From positions 14,496-78,495 of the forward strand of contig JAUYBG010000019.1 in assembly GCA_030693205.1 (NCBI GenBank): a stretch of DNA of 64,000 nt, given 5' to 3'. Position numbers and translations under genes: made by a program. Each line of letters opens with the position of its first letter. Position 1 is the first letter of the stretch. Below the pieces are notes generated by a model. That model was not told the DNA's origin. It saw nothing but the letters and a program-made list of their open reading frames with translations, and did not search any database. This DNA comes from a bacterium (GTDB lineage Bacteria > Patescibacteriota > Minisyncoccia > JAHIHE01). This document shows positions 37,705 to 46,075 of this stretch, in pieces.

Positions 37705-38136
37705 TTACTCTTCAAATATTTCAAAATCAATCTTTACGCCACGACTGTCTTTGAGGTCAGCCCAAACTAATGTAATTTTAATATTTGGATATTTTTTCAA
37801 GATCGCGTTGCGTGATTCTTCCATATCCTCGATTTGTTTTTCTTTTTCTTCGGCGGGAGAGTTGAAATGGTAGCTTTGGGCGTAAGCGCCGCAATCGCTA
37901 TGATGGCAAATTATAACTTTTTCCGCCTGGTGAAGTTCGGTGGAAACCGCGACATTACTAAGAAGATTATTTTTTAATTCTTCGCTACCGTCAGCCAGTA
38001 CTTTGCTTGCTCCGGCCAAAGAAATTACATCATGTCCGCCTTCAAAAAGGCCGGATTTGTCAACCCATTCATCTATCGCGTTATTTAAGCGGAAATCCAT
38101 GCAGCGGATCAATAAGTTTTTACAAGTGTGAGACAT
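37705..38136 (-). CDS. beta-carbonic anhydrase-like protein (minimal form), putative
   Basis: CxDxR (IRCMDFRL) and HxxC-G (ICHHSDCGAY) zinc-ligand motifs in beta-CA order; only 143 aa. Confidence 0.4.
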   Translation of the reverse strand: MSHTCKNLLIRCMDFRLNNAIDEWVDKSGLFEGGHDVISLAGASKVLADGSEELKNNLLSNVAVSTELHQAEKVIICHHSDCGAYAQSYHFNSPAEEKEKQIEDMEESRNAILKKYPNIKITLVWADLKDSRGVKIDFEIFEE

Positions 38137-38221
38137 TTGAGTAAATTAAAGTTAAATATAAATAAGTATAGTAAATTTTTGGAAAAATGTCAAAAAAAAT
38201 AAGAAGAATGTTTTTTCTAGT

Positions 38222-38485
38222 TTATTTTACTTTATGAAACTCGAATTTTTTCTTCTTATTATTTGGACCATTACTTTGCCCATACAACACTGTATTTATA
38301 GTGTCAGGGCTGGTTTCGTTTATTCTTTTTGTTACCCCTTTCGCATCCTCGACTTGTTTTCTATACATTTTTTTGGGAGACACATGACCCAGAAGCTTTT
38401 CATATATTAAACACCATTCGTGCTGCCATTCAATTGCTTCAACGATTGTCATTTCTTCAAAGAATATTAATAATCTATTTAGCAT
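38222..38485 (-). CDS. hypothetical protein; the reading frame stays open 72 codons upstream (to 38701) without a canonical start; possible non-canonical start, or a divergent CxDxRL/HC paralog of the neighbouring gene
   Basis: Manual translation shows the frame open from the TAA at 38702-38704 with no ATG/GTG/TTG before 38485. The extension encodes ...IVFGCADDRLKG...WPGAHCDL..., echoing the CxDxRL / H-x-x-C motifs of ORF 37705..38136. Confidence 0.35.
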   Translation of the reverse strand: MLNRLLIFFEEMTIVEAIEWQHEWCLIYEKLLGHVSPKKMYRKQVEDAKGVTKRINETSPDTINTVLYGQSNGPNNKKKKFEFHKVK

Positions 38486-38879
38486 AAATTCTGCTACTTC
38501 CGGAGGTGCATTAATTAAGTCACAGTGCGCTCCTGGCCAGTAGATTACAACAGTTGGCCTTTTTGTTGTAAAAAAAGTATCTACTATTGATATGGTGTTT
38601 ATCCCTTTCAGGCGGTCATCGGCGCATCCAAAAACAATATTTGCTTCCTTTTTCTTAATTTTAATCCTCTCCTTTAATTTTATTGTTCTTTTTAGCTCAA
38701 TTTATTCGCTTCCAACCCCTCCGTTTTTCATTAGAAGAAAATAAAAAAGCTGTTTTAAAGGAACAACGAAATTATTATACCGCTATTTTTAAAAATGTCA
38801 AGGGTGGCAGGTCGCTATTTTTTAAAGTCTTGATTTGGCAGGGAATATAAGATATGATATAAAAATAGAATGAATCAAT

Positions 38880-38950
38880 GCCCTCTTAGCTTAGTGGTAA
38901 AGCAATGGTATCGTAAACCATGGACGTCAGTTCGATTCTGACAGAGGGCT
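38880..38950 (+). tRNA. tRNA-Thr (anticodon CGU)
   Basis: Acceptor GCCCTCT/AGAGGGC, D-arm GCTTAGTGGTAAAGC, anticodon stem ATGGT/ACCAT, loop ATCGTAA, T-arm GTCAG-TTCGATT-CTGAC, discriminator T. Confidence 0.8.
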
Positions 38951-39002
38951 CGGTTTAATTATAAAGGGCAATGCTTTTACCCCTCGGGGTATAAACTCCA
39001 AG

Positions 39003-39038
39003 CAGAGGTCGCGAGTTCGACTCTCGCCTTCGCCTCTG
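39003..39038 (+). other. tRNA-like 3' minihelix (acceptor-like stem enclosing a canonical T-arm) without a detectable 5' half
   Basis: CAGAGG-t-[GCGAG-TTCGACT-CTCGC]-cttcg-CCTCTG; T-loop TTCGACT is canonical. I could find no D-arm or anticodon arm upstream, and no 5' partner for the alternative acceptor CTTCGCC. Confidence 0.4.
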
Positions 39039-39078
39039 GTAAAATTAATTTTTAATTGTTAACTGTAAAACCAAAACT

Positions 39079-39501
39079 ATGGAAAAACCAAGCGTGAGAA
39101 TCCTTTATCTTTACGCATTCGCTTTAGTTGGATTAGTGCTAGTGACCTTTGGAGCGGTGCGGCTCTTGGATCTAGGCCTTAAAATGTACGTTTTTAAAAA
39201 AGCGGATCAACCGCAAGACTATAGAAATATGCCGCCCTATCCGCCGATCACGATCAATCAAAAAACAGACGAAGTGAAATATTCGGAAACGATAACTCCG
39301 GAGCAGAAAATTGCCCTCAATAATTGGATTACTGAATTTAAATATTGGAACGAAAACCAAAAAAATATTGACTATCTCGCGAGCAGCCGCCAGAGCACCG
39401 CGTCAAATTCATTCGCGATGATCTTGATCGGTTTGCCGCTTTATCTTTATCATTGGAGGATCGTGAGAAAAGAGGCGAGAGAGAATAACGCGATTTCTTA
39501 A
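39079..39501 (+). CDS. membrane protein, hypothetical (140 aa)
   Basis: N-terminal and C-terminal TM helices; no recognisable domain. Confidence 0.4.
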   Translation: MEKPSVRILYLYAFALVGLVLVTFGAVRLLDLGLKMYVFKKADQPQDYRNMPPYPPITINQKTDEVKYSETITPEQKIALNNWITEFKYWNENQKNIDYLASSRQSTASNSFAMILIGLPLYLYHWRIVRKEARENNAIS

Positions 39502-39574
39502 AAAATAAATTTTAAAACAGCGTATTTTCTTAATTTGTTTTTTTGTGGTATAATCATAAAGAGGAAGCATCCAT

Positions 39575-40672
39575 ATGGAAGAAATTTTATCTCAGATCAA
39601 GGCATTTCAAAAAAGACTTGGCGATTTGGCGATTATTCTTAATCTTCCTAAACTAAAAGCGGAGATCGTCGGATTAGGGCTGGATACGGAGGATCAGGGT
39701 TTTTGGCAAGACCAGGCGAAAGCGAAAGAAACATTGAAAAAAATCGAATTTTCGAAAAAAGAAGTAAGCGGTTTTGAAAATTTAAAAACCGAGCTCGAGG
39801 AACTTGAGGAATTAATCGCTTTGGTCAAAGAAACGCCGGATAAAGATCTGGAAAAAGATATTAAAAAACGTTTCGCGAGCGTTCAAAAAGAATTTCAGGC
39901 TTTTGAATTTAAGACATTGTTCAAGGAAAAATATGATTCATCCTCGGCGATCATGGCGATCCATGCCGGAGCCGGAGGATCAGACGCGCAGGATTGGGCC
40001 GAAATGCTTCTTCGAATGTATTTGCGGTTTTTTGAAAAAATGGGATTTTCAGCGAAAGTTATTGACGAGAGCAGGGGAAAAGAGGCGGGGGTCAAAAGCG
40101 CGGTAATTGATGTTAGTGGGCCTTACGCTTATGGATATTTGCGTTCGGAAGCCGGAGTGCATCGCTTGGTCAGGATTTCTCCTTTTAACGCGGATGCGAT
40201 GCGGCACACATCGTTTGCCCTGGTTGAGGTTTTGCCGGAGATCGGAGAGATCGCGGAAATAAAGATCGACCCCAAAGATCTCAAAATAGATACTTTTAAA
40301 TCTTCCGGTCCGGGCGGACAGTATGTGAACAAGACCGAATCGGCAATCCGGCTTACGCATATTCCTTCTGGTCTGGTGGTGGCGTCGCAGAGTGAAAGAA
40401 GCCAGGCGCAAAACAGGGAAGTGGCGATGAAGATCTTGCGTGCCAAACTGCATCAAAAATATCTGGAAGCTCGTCAGGCGGAAAAGAAAAAAATTCGCGG
40501 AGAGTTCAAGTCCGCCGAGTGGGGAAATCAGATCCGAAGCTACGTCTTGCATCCTTATAAAATGGTCAAAGATCATCGCACGGGGCACGAAACATCCGAT
40601 ACGATAAAAGTATTAGACGGAGATATAATTGATTTTATCGAAGCGTATTTGCGTTATAGCAGTAAAAAATAA
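39575..40672 (+). CDS. prfB: peptide chain release factor 2 (no programmed frameshift)
   Basis: SPF tripeptide region (SPFNADAMRHTSFA) identifies RF2 rather than RF1; GGQ motif (SGPGGQYVNKTES). Encoded in a single uninterrupted frame from the ATG at 39575. Confidence 0.85.
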   Translation: MEEILSQIKAFQKRLGDLAIILNLPKLKAEIVGLGLDTEDQGFWQDQAKAKETLKKIEFSKKEVSGFENLKTELEELEELIALVKETPDKDLEKDIKKRFASVQKEFQAFEFKTLFKEKYDSSSAIMAIHAGAGGSDAQDWAEMLLRMYLRFFEKMGFSAKVIDESRGKEAGVKSAVIDVSGPYAYGYLRSEAGVHRLVRISPFNADAMRHTSFALVEVLPEIGEIAEIKIDPKDLKIDTFKSSGPGGQYVNKTESAIRLTHIPSGLVVASQSERSQAQNREVAMKILRAKLHQKYLEARQAEKKKIRGEFKSAEWGNQIRSYVLHPYKMVKDHRTGHETSDTIKVLDGDIIDFIEAYLRYSSKK

Positions 40673-40694
40673 GTCCGATCAGTAATAAACATAT

Positions 40695-41378
40695 ATGATT
40701 ATTTTTCAGGCGGTTACGAAAAATTACATGAATGATGTCATGTCTCTCGAAGACATCAACCTGACGATTGATCGCGGGGAGTTTGTTTCAATTGTCGGTC
40801 AATCGGGAGCGGGAAAAACTACGCTTCTCAAATTGATGATTATGGAAGAGAAGCCGACAAAGGGAGAAATATTTTTCGACAAGCTGATGCTAAGCAAGAT
40901 CAAGAGATCGTCCTTACCGACATTGAGGCGCAATATCGGGATGGTTTTCCAGGATTTTAAATTAATAAACACAAAAACTGTGTTTGAAAACGTGGCTTTT
41001 GTGCTGGAGGTTCTCGGCAAAACGGAAATAGAAATAAATAAAAGCGTTTCAACCGCTCTCGATATTGTCGGCATAAAAGAAAAAGACAGCTGTTTTCCTC
41101 ATCAATTGTCAGGCGGCGAGCAGCAAAGGGTGGCGATCGCGCGCGCGATCGTGCATCATCCGATCATTTTGATCGCGGACGAACCGACGGGAAATCTCGA
41201 CGTCTTGAACGGATGGGAGATCGTCAAGCTTCTGGTCAAGATCAATGAGCTGGGAACGACGGTTATTCTCGCCACTCATAATCGGGAGATAGTGAACTCT
41301 CTGAATAAGCGGGTAGTCACTCTGGATAAAGGAAGAATTGTGCAAGACCAGGCGACGAATGGAAAATATATAATATAG
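40695..41378 (+). CDS. ftsE: cell division ATP-binding protein FtsE
   Basis: Walker A (GQSGAGKTTL), ABC signature (LSGGEQQRVAIARA), Walker B (ILIADEPTGNLD); directly upstream of ftsX. Confidence 0.85.
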   Translation: MIIFQAVTKNYMNDVMSLEDINLTIDRGEFVSIVGQSGAGKTTLLKLMIMEEKPTKGEIFFDKLMLSKIKRSSLPTLRRNIGMVFQDFKLINTKTVFENVAFVLEVLGKTEIEINKSVSTALDIVGIKEKDSCFPHQLSGGEQQRVAIARAIVHHPIILIADEPTGNLDVLNGWEIVKLLVKINELGTTVILATHNREIVNSLNKRVVTLDKGRIVQDQATNGKYII

Positions 41379-41486
41379 TAAACAATGTTCAATTTACAAT
41401 TCTCAATTTTCAATGAATGTTCAATGACCAAATTTTCAATTTAGAAATTAGATAACTTAAAATTAGAAATTAAAAAATTAAACTCT

Positions 41487-42428
41487 ATGTTTTTTACAAA
41501 ATTAAAAAGAGTTTTTAAAACCGCTATCGTTAATTTTTGGCGCAATGGCTCGATAAATATTGCCACGACCGGCATTATGACCGTCACTCTTTTGTCGATC
41601 AGTATTTTGGTTATTCTGTCATTTTTAGGGAACAGTTTGGTTGAAAATTTCAAGACCAAGATCGATATCAGCGTTTATTTTATTTCCGAAGCTCCGGAGG
41701 CGGATATTTTAAAAGTTAAAGACGAGGTAGCCGCTTTGCCGGAAGTAAGGGAGGTTTTTTATACATCAAAAGACGAAGCCTGGAATAATTTCAAGGCGCA
41801 GTATTCGGATAATTCGGTTATCAGCCAAGGCATCGGAGAACTGGACGAAAATCCGCTTTTTGCCAGCTTAAGCGTTAAGGCAAAAAATATCGATCAATAT
41901 GGAAAAATCAATGAATTTCTTACCGATCCGCGTTTCAAAGACACGATCAAGAAAGTCAGCTTTGACGAGAATGAAATACAAATTAATAAGTTATCGTTGA
42001 TTACCAAGACTGCCCAGAAAGACGGAGCAATAATTATTTTGGTTTTTGTGATTATCTCGCTTTTCGTGGTTTTTAACGCGATCAGGCTTACGATGTATAA
42101 TTATAAGCAGGAGGTAAAAATCATGAATTTAGTGGGAGCGGGGAAGTGGTATATTCAGCTGCCTTTTATAATTGAAGGGGCTCTTTATGGCGTAATAGGA
42201 AGTTTTCTCTCCATATTGATTCTTGCGGGTATGATCTTTTTGACAAAAGAAGTGAAAAATATTGAAGGTTTTCTGTATGGCGGTTCATTGGCCGGTTTTT
42301 TCCAGGGTTCTTTGACTGAATATTTTAAACATAATTTCTTGCTTATTTTCGGGATACAGCTGGTAGTGGGTGTGGCGATCGGGGTTTTGAGCAGTTTGAT
42401 CGCCTTGCGGAAGTATATGAAAATATAA
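41487..42428 (+). CDS. ftsX: cell division permease FtsX
   Basis: N-terminal TM, large extracytoplasmic loop and three C-terminal TM helices; FtsX-like N-terminal motif (FWRNGSINIATTG). Confidence 0.8.
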   Translation: MFFTKLKRVFKTAIVNFWRNGSINIATTGIMTVTLLSISILVILSFLGNSLVENFKTKIDISVYFISEAPEADILKVKDEVAALPEVREVFYTSKDEAWNNFKAQYSDNSVISQGIGELDENPLFASLSVKAKNIDQYGKINEFLTDPRFKDTIKKVSFDENEIQINKLSLITKTAQKDGAIIILVFVIISLFVVFNAIRLTMYNYKQEVKIMNLVGAGKWYIQLPFIIEGALYGVIGSFLSILILAGMIFLTKEVKNIEGFLYGGSLAGFFQGSLTEYFKHNFLLIFGIQLVVGVAIGVLSSLIALRKYMKI

Positions 42429-42487
42429 AATTAGAAAAAAATAAAACTCGCCCAATAAGCGAGTTTTTGTATTTTTAAAAATGTATT

Positions 42488-43072
42488 TTATGCGCTTGCT
42501 TTTTTCTTTCTTAAATATGCAAAGTAAACGATAAAAATTACGAGATAATTTAACGCTAAAAACCACGGCGTGCCCCACGACAGGCCGTTAATTTTAAAAT
42601 CAGAGATCGGCCAAAGAAATGGGGTTGAATAGAATGCTGAAGAATGAGTGGGAATATCAATTAAAATATGGAGTATCCAGCCGCCCATTTCAATCGGTAA
42701 AATTTGTGAAACGGAGGTGGCGGGAATTTTTCGTTTAAAATAAAGTATTGCCGTCCAAACTATAGCGACGGCAAGAAGAATAACAAAGCTATGGCTGAAA
42801 GAATAAAGCGTTGAGACAAGCAATAAGATAGAATTGAAGTTTTGTTGAGGCGGCTCGATTTTTTCCGGACCCGGCAGATCCGAAATTGAAATTTTCCCGA
42901 ACATTAATTCAATTATAAGCCAGGCGATAGGAATAGCAAAAGCGAAAAGATCGGGAAATACTCCCCAGAATACCGCCAATTTAAGATTCAGCGGTTTTTT
43001 AAGTTTTTCTTTTAGGGTTTTAAATACTGCCCAAGTCCAAAATATATGCGAGAAAAAATTCATAAGATTCAA
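42488..43072 (-). CDS. membrane-bound metal-dependent hydrolase-like protein (YdjM/DUF457-like), putative
   Basis: Polytopic, with conserved His/Asp residues in TM helices (FPDL, HSF, IDIPTHSS). Confidence 0.35.
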   Translation of the reverse strand: MNLMNFFSHIFWTWAVFKTLKEKLKKPLNLKLAVFWGVFPDLFAFAIPIAWLIIELMFGKISISDLPGPEKIEPPQQNFNSILLLVSTLYSFSHSFVILLAVAIVWTAILYFKRKIPATSVSQILPIEMGGWILHILIDIPTHSSAFYSTPFLWPISDFKINGLSWGTPWFLALNYLVIFIVYFAYLRKKKASA

Positions 43073-43266
43073 AAAAGATTATAGAATCAATATACCATTT
43101 TAAGGAAATCTTAACAAGAAATTTATTGCGGCACAGGCCTTGATTTTTTTGCGATTTTTGGGTAGAATAACTAAGTTAAACCCTAATTAGTATTAATTTT
43201 ATTTATATTCGTCTACTGGTAGGAAAGTTTCTTGCTTTGTTCATCGGAAAATGATAGAATTATCTT

Positions 43267-43980
43267 ATGACCATGCAAACAAGAAAAAACCCTTGGAATA
43301 AGGGTTTTACAAAAGAGAACAATCTGTCAGTTTTGAAGATTTCCAAGACGATGAAGGCAAAGAAAATAGATAATTTTGCCGATTGGAGAAAAAAGAACGT
43401 AGAGAAAGGTTTATTAAAAAGCGAATATCCTGATTTTGAAAAAAACGAAGATTTGGCAGAGCTTATAGGGGTTGTTTTAGGTGACGGGCACATACAATCA
43501 TTTCCAAGGACTGAGCGACTAACCATATCGTCACATTCAAAAAACAAGGGGTTTATTAATAGATATGCTCGCCTTATCGAAAAAGTAATCAAAAAAAAAC
43601 CTTATTGCGAGAAAATCAAAAACGCAAATTGTGTACGAATAAGTATTTACGAGAAATTTATTAGCAAAAGACTAAAAATACCGGTAGGAAATCGTAAAGA
43701 TTTAGTTGCTAAAATTCCTGAATGGATAAGTGCCGATAGAAAGGTTTTAATAGGATATTTACGAGGGCTATATGAAGCGGAAGGTTCTTTTTGCGTCCAT
43801 AAGCCGACTTGTACTTATAAATTTTTGTTTAGTAATTGGAATAAAACTTTATTGGATAATGTTTATGGCGCGTTAAAAATTTTAGGTTTTCATCCCCACA
43901 GAAGCACACATCAGATCCAAGTTTCAAAAAAGGAAGAAGTTTATAAAATTAAAGAATTGATAAAATTCAGGCAGTATTAA
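43267..43980 (+). CDS. LAGLIDADG-family homing endonuclease (single-chain, two motifs), free-standing
   Basis: Two LAGLIDADG motifs (LIGVVLGDGHI and LRGLYEAEGSF) about 95 aa apart; 237 aa; not embedded in an intron- or intein-containing gene in this window. Confidence 0.75.
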   Translation: MTMQTRKNPWNKGFTKENNLSVLKISKTMKAKKIDNFADWRKKNVEKGLLKSEYPDFEKNEDLAELIGVVLGDGHIQSFPRTERLTISSHSKNKGFINRYARLIEKVIKKKPYCEKIKNANCVRISIYEKFISKRLKIPVGNRKDLVAKIPEWISADRKVLIGYLRGLYEAEGSFCVHKPTCTYKFLFSNWNKTLLDNVYGALKILGFHPHRSTHQIQVSKKEEVYKIKELIKFRQY

Positions 43981-43984
43981 ATAT

Positions 43985-44055
43985 TGGGAGATCTGCTAAA
44001 GGTAGGCAAGTGGGCTCTGAACCCATTAATCTAGGTTCGATTCCTAGTCTCCCAG
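43985..44055 (+). tRNA. tRNA-Gln (anticodon CUG)
   Basis: Acceptor TGGGAGA/TCTCCCA with U1-A72, anticodon stem GTGGG/CCCAT, loop CTCTGAA, T-arm CTAGG-TTCGATT-CCTAG, discriminator G. Confidence 0.75.
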
Positions 44056-44076
44056 CATTATTTTTAAAAATTATTT

Positions 44077-44784
44077 ATGTTTGTAAATGCTATAAAAATT
44101 GCAAGTAAGGCAATGTTTCCAATATTTCGCGTAGAGCAAGTTACATCTTCGCAAATGATAGTTAATGTGGCGGGTACCGGTTTTTTTATAAGTTCTAATG
44201 GTAATTTTATTTCTGTTGCACATGTTTTTGATAATACTACCAATAATCCGAAATATTTTTATTTTGGAAAGCTACCAACAGATTTACAAAGTCCACCTAT
44301 AGAAATTGAGGAAATTATTAGAGATGATTCAAATGATATTTATATTGGCAGAGTTAAGAAAAAAACGGATACTTTTTTTCGATTATCATCAAAATTAGTT
44401 GATATTGGAAGAACTATTTGTATTGGGGGGTATCCTTTAGCTCAAATTACTAACAATAGTCAGGGTGGATTAGAACTTATGGGGGTTAGAAGATACTTTC
44501 AGCCATCTTTTATTTTAGATTATATAAAAGCTAATTCAGATAATGGTGCAGGAAAAATTCGTCTTCATGATGGTTTTATTGTAAGAGATATTGGACTGTT
44601 TGGAATGAGCGGTGGTCCGGTATTTGATACAACTGGAACTTTAGTAGGTATTCAGGGATCTGTCATGCCTCCACGTCAAAGTACTGGAGCGAATGGACGA
44701 ACTATTTCTGTTGAAAATGCGGTAGTTATAAGAAGTAATTTAGTCTTGGATTTTATTAAACATAGAGGAATTAGGATAAATTAA
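44077..44784 (+). CDS. trypsin-like serine protease (S1 family, Trypsin_2-like)
   Basis: Catalytic triad context: His (FISVAHVF), Asp (DIYIGRV), Ser (GMSGGPVF, cf. GDSGGP). Confidence 0.65.
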   Translation: MFVNAIKIASKAMFPIFRVEQVTSSQMIVNVAGTGFFISSNGNFISVAHVFDNTTNNPKYFYFGKLPTDLQSPPIEIEEIIRDDSNDIYIGRVKKKTDTFFRLSSKLVDIGRTICIGGYPLAQITNNSQGGLELMGVRRYFQPSFILDYIKANSDNGAGKIRLHDGFIVRDIGLFGMSGGPVFDTTGTLVGIQGSVMPPRQSTGANGRTISVENAVVIRSNLVLDFIKHRGIRIN

Positions 44785-44802
44785 TTTTTCTAAAATAAAC
44801 TC

Positions 44803-45054
44803 ATGAAATTAAATGAAGAACAAAAGAATGTAGTAATAACAAAATTATCAAATTTTTTCCGCACCTCTTGCATTATTTGTAATGGTAGCGAGTGGTTATT
44901 AAATGATACCATTTATGAGTTAAGAGAATTTATGGGTGGTAGTTTCATTCTTGGCGAAAAAGTGAGCATTTTTCCTGTTTTAGCTGTTTCGTGTAAGTCG
45001 TGTGGCCATACGCACTACTTTAATGCTATTTTAATTGGAGTAGTAAAAAAATAA
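44803..45054 (+). CDS. small zinc-ribbon protein (83 aa), hypothetical
   Basis: CIICNGSEW ... CKSCGHTHY gives two CxxC pairs. Confidence 0.4.
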   Translation: MKLNEEQKNVVITKLSNFFRTSCIICNGSEWLLNDTIYELREFMGGSFILGEKVSIFPVLAVSCKSCGHTHYFNAILIGVVKK

Positions 45055-45058
45055 GAAA

Positions 45059-45904
45059 ATGGAAAAAACTAAATCTCCTATAACAATTTCGGAAGAAACA
45101 CAAATTGATCGACCAGTTAGCCGGAAATTTTTTTCAATGGATTATAGAGATTGGTTTCGCTTAAAAAAAATGATAAGTAGAATTTCTGACGGACAGAATT
45201 GGTGGAACAGTCAAAATTGGTGGAGTAATTTTGCGTGGTTTACATCTGCGACAAGCATTTCGTCTCTTTACGCTTATATATCTACTCCCGAAATAGATGT
45301 TAATAAAAAATACTTTTTCTATTTTTGTACCATTTTCTCGTTTATAACGACAATTATTTTATTTTTTGTTGGGCGTAAATTTTCACAGTCTAATTTTGCT
45401 TCTAAAAAAGAAATATTGGAAGAAATGAATGAAATAGAACAGGGCGAAAAAGTTACAAAAGATGATAAAGAAATTGTTGTTGAACCGGAAAAACTCTCCG
45501 ATGTTAAAGAAAAAGTTAAAAAACCGATTTCCCTGATTGTTATGAAAGCGGACAAAGAGGATATGCCTTCCGGAATTTCTAAAAACAAAAATTTTGGCGA
45601 TGGTGCGGTGAATATTAATATTTCCGAAATTATTTTAGGATGGAACAGTATTTTGAAAGGAGTTAAAAATTACGACCATTCGGTTAGTGCTTTTTTGAAA
45701 TTATCTACAGCGAAGGAGATTAAGAAAAATTTACTCGTAATCGCCACGCCTTATAAATTTCACGCGGAAAAATTAAGCGAGCCGGCGAATCGTCTGATAA
45801 TCGAAAAAGTGATTGCTGAAGTTTTTCCGAAAATCTTGGGAATGAAAATACAAGTTATTCAGGATGAAAATATAAAAATAACATCTAAAAGGGTTGAGGA
45901 ATAG
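45059..45904 (+). CDS. membrane protein carrying a paralogous copy of the DnaX C-terminal domain
   Basis: Two N-terminal TM helices and a K/E-rich linker. The C-terminal roughly 92 aa (GWNSILKGVKNYDHSVSAFLKLSTAKEIKKNLLVIATPYKFHAEKLSEPANRLIIEKVIAEVFPKILGMKIQVIQDENIKI) are about 60% identical to the C-terminus of DnaX at 11910..13562. Confidence 0.6.
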   Translation: MEKTKSPITISEETQIDRPVSRKFFSMDYRDWFRLKKMISRISDGQNWWNSQNWWSNFAWFTSATSISSLYAYISTPEIDVNKKYFFYFCTIFSFITTIILFFVGRKFSQSNFASKKEILEEMNEIEQGEKVTKDDKEIVVEPEKLSDVKEKVKKPISLIVMKADKEDMPSGISKNKNFGDGAVNINISEIILGWNSILKGVKNYDHSVSAFLKLSTAKEIKKNLLVIATPYKFHAEKLSEPANRLIIEKVIAEVFPKILGMKIQVIQDENIKITSKRVEE

Positions 45905-46075
45905 AAATTAGTATTGTGTTATATGGTGATTGCGTTAAGAAAAGGTGTGTTATTCTCGTCAAATAAGTTCCCCGTCTACGCCGAGGCTTCGGTGGACAGG
46001 CAACATCGTCCCACAAGGCCAGCAAAAATATATATGTCAAACAAAATTTGTAGAATTTTAAATGATAATTAATTT

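Noticed and set aside
38951-39002. Attempt to extend the tRNA-like minihelix into a full second tRNA gene after tRNA-Thr
   Set aside because: No D-arm, anticodon arm or complementary 5' acceptor strand could be built by hand, so only the 3' minihelix (39003-39038) is reported, as a finding rather than a gene.
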